From Schmidtea nova (lineage: Eukaryota): 64,000 bases of DNA. The notes below the pieces were generated by a model, which was not told the DNA's origin, ran no database searches, and saw only the letters and a program-made list of their open reading frames with translations. The stretch covers positions 477,524,001-477,588,000 of the forward strand of contig CM097882.1 in NCBI GenBank assembly GCA_044892505.1, given 5' to 3'. A program made the position numbers and the translations under genes. This document shows, piece by piece, positions 11,215 through 19,695 of this stretch (positions within the stretch are counted from its first letter, which is position 1; each line of letters starts with the position of its first letter).

Positions 11215-12600
11215 ATGGAGGAGAATCAGAAAGTTACCAGTGCAAACTCAGAAGATAATTTATTAAAAGAAGAGCAGAAAATAACCAGTCCAAATGTAGA
11301 AGATAATTTACAGGAAGAAGAAAAAGAAGCAGTAACAATGAATATGCAACTACAACAGAATATCGAAGAAAAAGTAAATGAAATGATAACCGAATTATCA
11401 GATGTTGAAGTTGAAAGAAAGGGAAATGTATATGAATTTTCAGTAAAAGATATGGAGGGAAAAGAAAAGAAGAAGTTTGTGGAGAAATATAACCGAAAAA
11501 GAAGAGAAAGAAGAAGCAATGATGATACCTGTAGCATGGACGAGAAATGGGATGAATCTACGACAATCAAATTAGAAGAAGTGGCACAAAGATTATTAAA
11601 CATTACCATAGAAGAAATGACGAAAATGAATCAAAAATCGGAAGAAAAGAGGAAATCAGCGAAGCTTGAAAGGTCAAAACAAACAGAGACGTCAAAGACC
11701 GAACGATTAATCAGTAACCTAAGTAAGAGTGCAGGAAATCAATGTGAAACAACAACTGAATTACTAAAATGGGTTATAAAAAATAGTGCAAATATATCAA
11801 ACATGAGATTGATAGTGAGAGAAATCGAGAAATGCAGACGTTTATGCCCTTGGTATTCAACACAATTTGATGACATCATGAGAAAATGGAAACAACTGGA
11901 ACAAACAAACGATGATCCACAGATGTGCAGATTGAAAATTCAGTTTCCGAGTCTAGAAGAAATAAAGATGAGTGTATCATTAACAACAAAGATCAAAGAG
12001 ATAAAAGAGAGATTACCATTCAATTTACCATTTCACCTGAAATATGATGGAGAATCGCTGGATGATGATATAGAAATCGGTGTAGCCCCGATACAAATCG
12101 AAACAAGTAATAAATTAACTGTTGATAAAATTGCAGGAAGCGAGTTGACCAAAAAAGCGAGAGGTGAAGATAATCCCAAAACAACGATAATTGCAATGAT
12201 GAAAACTCCAGCTGGACCAACACTTACAATTAACATCGAAGTTAATGGCGTAAAAGTAGACGCGATGATAGATACTGGCGCAAATATATCAGCAATAGAT
12301 ATCGATATGATACCAGAATTGTTACGGTTAGGCATCGAGAAAACATCGGTAGACGTAATAACATGCAGCAAAGAATCTGTCAATATCGTTGGAAAATTAT
12401 GGACGGACATCGAATACAAAAATGTGAAAATATCAACTTATTTGACAGTCATAAAACAACTAGGTGCACCATGCATTATTGGAACAGACTTAATACCAAA
12501 ACTGTTAAAAGGATCTGTAATTGATTTGAATACGATGAAGTTGAAACACCAAATTGAAGAAAATTGCACAAGAGAAACAGCGACAGAACAATCAAGTTAA
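11215..12600 (+). CDS. 461-aa protein: acidic/coiled-coil N-terminus, ubiquitin-like segment, retroviral-type aspartic protease
   Basis: Protease at ~12217-12510 (VNGVKVDAMIDTGANISAI...CIIGTDL). The segment ~11923-12090 (CRLKIQFPSLEEIKMSVSLTTKIKEIKERLP...HLKYDGESLDDD) follows the ubiquitin pattern by eye. Confidence 0.85.
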   Translation: MEENQKVTSANSEDNLLKEEQKITSPNVEDNLQEEEKEAVTMNMQLQQNIEEKVNEMITELSDVEVERKGNVYEFSVKDMEGKEKKKFVEKYNRKRRERRSNDDTCSMDEKWDESTTIKLEEVAQRLLNITIEEMTKMNQKSEEKRKSAKLERSKQTETSKTERLISNLSKSAGNQCETTTELLKWVIKNSANISNMRLIVREIEKCRRLCPWYSTQFDDIMRKWKQLEQTNDDPQMCRLKIQFPSLEEIKMSVSLTTKIKEIKERLPFNLPFHLKYDGESLDDDIEIGVAPIQIETSNKLTVDKIAGSELTKKARGEDNPKTTIIAMMKTPAGPTLTINIEVNGVKVDAMIDTGANISAIDIDMIPELLRLGIEKTSVDVITCSKESVNIVGKLWTDIEYKNVKISTYLTVIKQLGAPCIIGTDLIPKLLKGSVIDLNTMKLKHQIEENCTRETATEQSS

Positions 12601-12603
12601 GAA

Positions 12604-12873
12604 ATGACCAGAAAAGGACAAGTATGTATGTTTCGAGAGAATAAAAATGACGATTGGCTACATCGTATATTAACTACGAGCAGAACAGTAAATCAGTCAA
12701 CAACAATATCTGAACAACCTAAGATAGTTGACGATGTAAAAATGGAGCACCGCAAAAAGATGGAATTGATCATTGAGATTACCAAAGAAATTATGCCAGA
12801 ATGGTCAAAAAGTAAAAATCTATTTGAAATATTGGGAGGAGTAAGCCTAATGGTTGAGGAATATGCCAAATGA
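12604..12873 (+). CDS. 89-aa ORF in the same frame as its neighbours, bounded by single stops
   Basis: Starts TAA-GAA-ATG after the protease ORF. Its TGA is followed by an open frame leading into 12892. Confidence 0.5.
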   Translation: MTRKGQVCMFRENKNDDWLHRILTTSRTVNQSTTISEQPKIVDDVKMEHRKKMELIIEITKEIMPEWSKSKNLFEILGGVSLMVEEYAK

Positions 12874-12891
12874 AATGAAACGACAGAAGCG

Positions 12892-14325
12892 ATGAATACC
12901 ATAAAAGAAAGATTACCAATATTATTTACAATTGCCAGTTTTAAAGATGAGATACCGTTATATCACGCAATAAAAAGTGGGAATGAACAGAGAATGTTTG
13001 AAATCATAAAACTCATGGAAAAGTGCAAGCAACATACCAACACAAAAAACTGGAAAGATCAAACACCCTTGATGATAGCAATTGAAAAAGGAGGATCCAA
13101 GAAACTCATAGCAGAACTGATGAGAACCGGATCAAGTTTTAAAGAAAGAGATGATAAAAATGAAACGGTGTTATCATATGCAGTGCAAGCAAATAACCAT
13201 CAAATAATCAAATATATTATGTCAAATGCTACAGAAGAAGATATTGAAGTGCTCAGTTCAGATCCAAATCCATTAGTAAATGCAGTGAACAAAGATGCCG
13301 ACGAAACAACAGCAAAAATGATTAAATGGTTACATCCAGTCACGCACGAAGGAGTGATAAATGTCAATGACAGATTTGAAGACGGTGAAAATATGATAAT
13401 GAAAAGAGCCATGAAAAGAAAATGGAAAATGTGTAAAACGATTAAAGCATTGCTGCGAAGACCTGATTTCAGATTTACAAACAACAAAAAAGAAAAAGAA
13501 AGAATTGGATCTAAAAGACATGAATTATATCAGCAAGTCATCATATGGAAGGAAAATATAAAAGAAAGCAGAATTCACCGAAGCTGGAACAACGCCAAAG
13601 ATGAAATAACCAAGAGAGCAAATATAAAAGCCGAAGCAGATGAAATAGCCAAAAGATATGAGGAAATAATAAAACTAATAAATGTCGAGGACGACATTTC
13701 AAACAAAACCGAGGGTGGTTCTGATGATCACAATAACCCTGACAATGAAGATGAAGAGAATGATAACAACAAAACAAAGAAAGATGACAATGAAAATATC
13801 AACAGAAACAATGACAAAGACGAGAAAGATGATGGAAAAAGCAATAACGATGAAATTGGGAACAAATGTGATGAACCCAAGCAAGAAACTTCAAATTATG
13901 AAAAACGAACAGCATGTCTACATAAAACTCGAATAAAAGACATAATATTACTGATATTGATGCTGTCAGCATTGAAAGGAACGGAAGCTGATGACAAAAG
14001 AAAACCAGTACAAATATTGATACAAGGAGCAGATAATGAAGAAGCATGTTGGAGTAGCGTCAAATTGCAAATTGAAGGAGATAATCCAGTCAAATGCCAA
14101 CGAGCAGAAGGAGGAGAAATCCGAATAAATGGATTGAAGCGGGATGCAAAATACAAAATCTGTGTTTACAAAAGGAAAGCAGCACAAGAATTGTTTAGAA
14201 CACTCGTATGCCAGATAGTAGCACATAATGGTTCAAAAGTCACCCAAGAAAACGTAAAAGTCATATTAACCGACGAGCCAGATGAGAACATCAGAATGTC
14301 GTCGAAACGCAAGTTGTCAGAGTAA
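12892..14325 (+). CDS. 477-aa ankyrin-repeat protein with acidic linker, internal hydrophobic/signal-like segment and FN3-like C-terminus
   Basis: About 4 ankyrin repeats at 12949-13330 (IPLYHAI, QTPLMIAI, ETVLSYAV, NPLVNAV). IILLILMLSALKGTEA at 13942-13989. IRINGLKRDAKYKICVY at 14119-14169 resembles the FN3 GL.P...Y...V signature. Confidence 0.8.
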   Translation: MNTIKERLPILFTIASFKDEIPLYHAIKSGNEQRMFEIIKLMEKCKQHTNTKNWKDQTPLMIAIEKGGSKKLIAELMRTGSSFKERDDKNETVLSYAVQANNHQIIKYIMSNATEEDIEVLSSDPNPLVNAVNKDADETTAKMIKWLHPVTHEGVINVNDRFEDGENMIMKRAMKRKWKMCKTIKALLRRPDFRFTNNKKEKERIGSKRHELYQQVIIWKENIKESRIHRSWNNAKDEITKRANIKAEADEIAKRYEEIIKLINVEDDISNKTEGGSDDHNNPDNEDEENDNNKTKKDDNENINRNNDKDEKDDGKSNNDEIGNKCDEPKQETSNYEKRTACLHKTRIKDIILLILMLSALKGTEADDKRKPVQILIQGADNEEACWSSVKLQIEGDNPVKCQRAEGGEIRINGLKRDAKYKICVYKRKAAQELFRTLVCQIVAHNGSKVTQENVKVILTDEPDENIRMSSKRKLSE

Positions 14326-14476
14326 CCAGTGGAAGGAACAGTGTATATAGTGTATAAAATTATATTGTATTATAAAAGTAGAATATATTTGTATAATAAA
14401 AATTTAAAAATCCAAAAAAATGAATACCTCAAAACTGGGAAAAACAAATGATAATATTGTGTAATTATTGACAGAA

Positions 14477-14926
14477 ATGAATCCGAACAACGAGAGTCAA
14501 AATTATCAAACATCAGTTCCAACGTTCAATGAACCATCAAATCAAACTCAGTTTCCAGAAGATACCAATATACGAGAAAGAGAAGGGTCACTGCAAACCC
14601 CAGTAATCGAAAATGAAACGCAAAATCCAACAATTAACGATAGAAACCTGATATACCAAGTCGAAATTCCACTATTTGATGAAACCATGAACCCAATTCA
14701 AACAACATTCGTATTAAATCAACAACCAACAAATAGCCAGACTCAATCAATATCAGCTCCGATGGTTTATCAGCAGACAATGACGCAAGAGTTATCATGG
14801 AAAACGCAATGTGAATTATTAAGCAGGATGTTGAATCAAGCCTATGCACAATGGAAAAATGAACAAGCTTTGTTAACAGAAAGTGTAAACAGAAATGTAT
14901 TATATCTCCGTTATGCCGATCAATAA
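14477..14926 (+). CDS. 149-aa hypothetical protein (N/Q/T/P-rich N-terminus, helical C-terminus)
   Basis: ATG at 14477, directly after TTGACAG; coding-like composition. Confidence 0.6.
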   Translation: MNPNNESQNYQTSVPTFNEPSNQTQFPEDTNIREREGSLQTPVIENETQNPTINDRNLIYQVEIPLFDETMNPIQTTFVLNQQPTNSQTQSISAPMVYQQTMTQELSWKTQCELLSRMLNQAYAQWKNEQALLTESVNRNVLYLRYADQ

Positions 14927-15060
14927 TCCAAATAAGCAACTTTGTAAATAAATTGTAAAGATTTTAATTTCAATTGATGTATACAAGTATTATTTAATAA
15001 GCATGAGCAACAAAAAATGTATAAACAAAAGGAAATTACCCATGTTATTATTATTTCAGA

Positions 15061-16608
15061 ATGAATATACAACAATTGATAGACATCCTAGATCAGGAGA
15101 TGGCCAAAAGACAAGAGCAACTAAATCAAATGAGAAATTATGAACAGAGAATGGAAGCCATCCAAGAGAACGTTAAATTGATTGAAAAACGAACCCAAGA
15201 GATCAACAAAATAAAAGAGGAAAACGAGGAATTGCGAAAGCTAATAAACGATAAGGCACATATCGAAGCTGAACTAGACAATTATAAACGAGAGTACAGG
15301 GAAATGGAGAGAAAACTCGAGCACGAACAACGAAAGTCGGTACCATTGAAAAACCAAGCGAGATTAAGAAAAGAGGAGCTCGAAACTTATAAAAGAGATA
15401 CCGAAACAAGATATGACAACTCCATAAGATTCTATCAGCAGCAACTCGAAAGTGAAAGGAACAGATATGAAGCCATGAAAAAGAAATGGGAAAAGTGTCG
15501 AGATGAAGCATTTGCCTTGAGAGGACAACCTCAAAAGAAGCTTAAAGTCAGAACAAGAAACATTGAACCTGAAAGCGAACAAGAAAAGATCATTAGAAAA
15601 GTTAAAGCAGAGGCTAGGAAATGGAAACAAGAACACCAAGATTTATTGGAAATGGCTCGACACAGAAAAATGCTACAGGAAGAATTACTAAGACGGAGAG
15701 ACGTTCAAATCGAGGCTCTGAAAGAGGAATGTCATTGGTATGCGGACATACGTCATGAGGAAACGGAGAAACTCAGAAAAGAAATATTCCAGTTGAAAAC
15801 GAGCGGACAGTTCAGAGAAAGAAGCATAAAGCATCAAATAAAGTGGCTAATAGAACAAGCCAGAACATGGAAAAAGACCTGGAAAAGAACTCGAGACGAA
15901 CTACGAGAATTCCCAAAGAAGCTGATGTCGATAAATGAAGCAGAATTGTGGGAAAATGCAGAAAAGCAAGAGATAGAAAACAAAGAATTAAGACGGCAAA
16001 TTCAATTAAAAACCGAATGGAATCAAAGGAGAATGAAATTTACCAGGAATCAAGAAGCTCGTATCAAATATCTAGAATTTGAAAACAGGCAATATGATCA
16101 ACAGAAAAATATGGACGATAGAAGTATTGAAGAGCTGACAATCGAATTGACTATTGCAAACCGTGAAGTCAACGGATATCGAGGAACAAATACTCATAAA
16201 GACATTGTTATTCAACACCAGCGACGGCAGATAGAAGAAACAAAGGCCGAATGTGAGAAAGCGTTCCAGCAATCGCAGTATGAGATTGAAATGGCTATCC
16301 AAAGTTTGGAAGAAAACCGTCAAAACTATGAAAGAGAGATTGAAAGGTTGAAAAATATGGAAAATACGAGAGAGCTCGAGATAGAAAAGGAACAGCTGAG
16401 CGAAGAACTCGATTATATGACATATTTGCTAGATGAAGAGATGGAAATCTCAAGAACTTTGCGAGAAAGAGTTCAGAGCCTACAAAATCAACCTCCAATC
16501 ATTCTATGGCCACTATATCCAACACCAATACAACCTGTACATTTGGAGCAAGAAAATCCTCAAATCGAAGATGAAGGGTTCGGAGAAATTGAAGAGACGT
16601 TTGTATAA
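15061..16608 (+). CDS. 515-aa long coiled-coil protein
   Basis: Intact long ORF in ~30% GC DNA, with E/K/R/Q-rich heptad-like sequence. Confidence 0.8.
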   Translation: MNIQQLIDILDQEMAKRQEQLNQMRNYEQRMEAIQENVKLIEKRTQEINKIKEENEELRKLINDKAHIEAELDNYKREYREMERKLEHEQRKSVPLKNQARLRKEELETYKRDTETRYDNSIRFYQQQLESERNRYEAMKKKWEKCRDEAFALRGQPQKKLKVRTRNIEPESEQEKIIRKVKAEARKWKQEHQDLLEMARHRKMLQEELLRRRDVQIEALKEECHWYADIRHEETEKLRKEIFQLKTSGQFRERSIKHQIKWLIEQARTWKKTWKRTRDELREFPKKLMSINEAELWENAEKQEIENKELRRQIQLKTEWNQRRMKFTRNQEARIKYLEFENRQYDQQKNMDDRSIEELTIELTIANREVNGYRGTNTHKDIVIQHQRRQIEETKAECEKAFQQSQYEIEMAIQSLEENRQNYEREIERLKNMENTRELEIEKEQLSEELDYMTYLLDEEMEISRTLRERVQSLQNQPPIILWPLYPTPIQPVHLEQENPQIEDEGFGEIEETFV

Positions 16609-16870
16609 ATAATAAAAGTGAATGTAAAGTGTAAAAAAGAAATTGAAATGTAGTGTAAAAAGAAAAAGTTGTAAAATATATCCAAAAAACTAAATAAAAA
16701 GCAGAAAAATAAAAAAAAAAAAAAAAAAAAATTCAATAAAAATTAGAAAAAATGAAAAACAAATAAAAATTAGAAAATGTTAAAAATGATAAAAATGATA
16801 AAAATGATAAAAACAAAAACAAAATTAATAAAACTGTAGAAAAGAGTTATGAAAATTCAAATTATAGAAA

Positions 16871-17446
16871 ATGAGACTATTGAAGCAAAGATCAGAACCA
16901 GAACAACAAACGATATCAAAAGAAAGATTCAAAAAATGGAAAAGAGCGACAGAGCAATATTATCAAGACCAAATAGACCAATTGAAGGAAGTAGTGAGCA
17001 AAGATAGAAAATATATCGCACAAATGGAGCAAGAGTGCGAGACGATGGAAATAATCAAGCGAGAAAATTATCTATTTCGCCAACAAAATGGTCTCACTCA
17101 AAAATATTGCGACAGACAGAAGCAAGAGATTGACAGACTCAAAAGGGAAATAAGCAGTGAACAGAACACTGATAATAAAAGGAAAATTAAGATCGAGTCA
17201 TTACAACGATCATTGAAGAACAAACAGAAAAAGATTATCAAAAGAGAAAAACAGATAATAAAGTTGAAAAGTGAAATTATAGAAGCAAAATTTGATACGT
17301 TCAAAGCAAAGAAAGCTGTAGAAATCAAAACGGCAGAAAATTACGTCCTCAAAGAGCAAAGGCGAAAGGAAGCAGATGAGATTGCAAAAATGGGTAACTG
17401 GAAGCCAGAAAGTCCGTTAAAGCTAAATGAAGAGACGAAAGAATAA
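16871..17446 (+). CDS. 191-aa basic coiled-coil protein
   Basis: Intact ORF, K/E/Q-rich heptad-like sequence. Confidence 0.7.
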   Translation: MRLLKQRSEPEQQTISKERFKKWKRATEQYYQDQIDQLKEVVSKDRKYIAQMEQECETMEIIKRENYLFRQQNGLTQKYCDRQKQEIDRLKREISSEQNTDNKRKIKIESLQRSLKNKQKKIIKREKQIIKLKSEIIEAKFDTFKAKKAVEIKTAENYVLKEQRRKEADEIAKMGNWKPESPLKLNEETKE

Positions 17447-17541
17447 AATATATCTAAACTCGTGTAAATATCACTGTAAAAATATAAAAGAGAAAATTTG
17501 ACAAATCATTAAACCAATTTGAATCTATAAATCTATAGAAA

Positions 17542-18365
17542 ATGAGCAATCTAATGAGGATCACAACAACCATCGTGATAGTTATAATTACAAACTGCCG
17601 AAGCGAAGAAGCATTGAGTCAATGTCAAGCAAGCCATCCATTTAGAAGATACGATAGCATTTGTGTAAGCTATCAAGAAATTTGGAGCACCAGAATGAGG
17701 AGTGTCAACAGATCCAACTGCAATGTCAACAATGTCCAAAATCCAGAGAAGATTCAATCACCATCCTTAAACAATTGAGAAATGAAACTCAACAATTAAT
17801 CCAACTACAAATCTCCTTAACCAAAAGAAACAATCTTCAACTAAAGAAACAACTAGAAAACCAATCATCTTTCAAACAGTTAACGACCGAACTAAAGAAA
17901 TTGAGCAAGTTAATAGAAAAATCTCTAAATAATAAAGATGAAGTTAATGAGGAAAGATCAAGTTTTACAGAAGAGTTGAATCAAAAACTGAAAAGTCAAC
18001 TTCATCAGACCGAGAGAATTATAAAACAATTGATATTACCCGAAAAGCGAAAGGAGATTATCCCTAAACAAGGATCAACCAACAAAGACGTCAGAGACCG
18101 AGAAGCAGCCATCACAGTCGTTCTACAAGGCATCAGTCTTTTCGCGGTCATAATGATCCTTAGCATTGTTGCATCAATCGGATTAGAAAAAATGAAATTA
18201 GAGAAAGCAAAAATCCAGTTGAATACAATCAAACGAATCACCCATGAAGACAACAACCCGTCAGAAAATTTTCTAAGATCAATATTTGAAGATCCAGTTC
18301 CAGAACAGCCTAATCCTGAGACAGCTACAACCTCGGTGCAGATGAATTACTTCTATAAACAATAG
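17542..18365 (+). CDS. Type-I membrane glycoprotein-like gene split by a one-base frameshift near 17680
   Basis: ORF 17542 supplies a signal peptide (ITTTIVIVIITNC). The overlapping frame 17661-18365 supplies the Cys cluster, coiled coil, sequons NET and NQS, and the TM helix AAITVVLQGISLFAVIMILSIVASIGL (~18105-18185). Confidence 0.65.
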
Positions 18366-18569
18366 TACGATTCTATTCCCCTTTTTACAATTCATGTATT
18401 TTCTTTCATTCATGTAATCTATTTATCTATTTGTATTCTCATCTTGAACAGTATTTCATCATCATTAATTCATGACCCTGTGTAAAAATCGTAACGCCCT
18501 TGTAAATAGAAAAGTTATTGTCTATCGTCATTATTCAATTTCTTTCTATTAGAAACACAAAAATCAACA

Positions 18570-19364
18570 ATGAAATCGTACCGAGAAGTTTTTCTAATCG
18601 CCATGATCACAACAATTTATTGTCATCTCGAAGAAACCCAGAAATCAAGCCAATTAAACCCAAATCAACCATATAATAAAGAACCATTTGAAATCTCTAA
18701 CAACCAACAACTATCCGAAAAGATTGAGCAAGCCAAAATCGAAATTCAAAATACCCTTTTCAATCAAAATGATGAAATTTCAGGCCTAAAGAGAATAGCA
18801 AGGATAATATTAGCCGATTTAGCGATCAGAGATACATTCGAGGATATTTTTGATAATGATCGAGAAACCCGTGACGCAATAAAAAGTCTCACCAAAGAAC
18901 TTAAAATGAATGTAGGCAAGTTAATCGATCAGCTAACGATAAATTCATCAAGTCCGAAATGTCTGAAACAAATCCAGCAAATTCATCATAACCTGTCCCA
19001 GCAGATTTCCGAAGTAGGAAACCAAACGGCACAACAACTGAGAAAGGCTTATTTCGAAAACCTGGCATATAGGAATAAAATCCACGATCACATAAACGAG
19101 ATATCGAAACCGGATAACAATCAAGACAGAGACAAGTGCAGAATATCCCTCCTATCGTCCGAACGAATTCTCGATATCTGCCTGATCATCCTTAACTTTT
19201 TCCTAATAATCGGAATTTGTGGTATAATATGGTTAGGCTTGACCGCCACAAGAATGATGAACAACATGACCTCCAAACAATCCCAAAGAGAAGATGACAA
19301 GAAACAGTTGATCAATACCGAGTCATTCAAACTATTCCAGTCGAAGATCCAACCAATTCAATAA
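18570..19364 (+). CDS. 264-aa type-I membrane glycoprotein with helical ectodomain
   Basis: Signal peptide (VFLIAMITTIYC); sequons NSS, NLS and NQT; TM helix ILDICLIILNFFLIIGICGIIWLGL (~19167-19241); short tail. Confidence 0.8.
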   Translation: MKSYREVFLIAMITTIYCHLEETQKSSQLNPNQPYNKEPFEISNNQQLSEKIEQAKIEIQNTLFNQNDEISGLKRIARIILADLAIRDTFEDIFDNDRETRDAIKSLTKELKMNVGKLIDQLTINSSSPKCLKQIQQIHHNLSQQISEVGNQTAQQLRKAYFENLAYRNKIHDHINEISKPDNNQDRDKCRISLLSSERILDICLIILNFFLIIGICGIIWLGLTATRMMNNMTSKQSQREDDKKQLINTESFKLFQSKIQPIQ

Positions 19365-19695
19365 TAAATTTGATAATTTAACAAACTTAATAAACTTGAT
19401 AAAACTTTTATCCGAGTCGTTGTAGACTCATATTGAACTTTGATTAGCCGCTGTAGGCACATATATTACATTTAATTTTGCTTGCGAGTCGATGTAGACT
19501 CATATTTATGTATATGTATAATTTTATTAATTTTTTTTTTATTTATAAACTTTTTATTTTTATTGTCGCGAACGGCATGATCACGACCAAGTAGCTCGTG
19601 TATAATGTACAACCTTTTGACCTTTGATTAGTCTTGGTTCTTAACCCCTCTGAGAAATTGCGGGACGCAATTTTTGCGGGCCCCCGAGTATTTTA

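Noticed and set aside
11695-11870. Possible CID/VHS-like helical domain in the protease ORF (LISNLSKS...ELLKWVIKN...IVREIEK)
   Set aside because: The resemblance is short and by eye only; it needs a profile search.
17670-17690. Programmed -1 frameshift in the first glycoprotein gene
   Set aside because: AAATTTG is not in the phase required for a canonical X XXY YYZ slip from the upstream frame; a 1-nt deletion or sequencing error is simpler.
11226-19330. Numerous minus-strand ORFs overlapping the cargo genes
   Set aside because: These are F/L/S/I-rich antisense shadows of A-rich coding strands, with no independent signals.
17542-19364. Calling the membrane ORFs a canonical retroviral or errantiviral env
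   Set aside because: They are too short and show no recognisable cleavage site, fusion peptide or conserved cysteine motif, so they are reported only as env-position glycoproteins.
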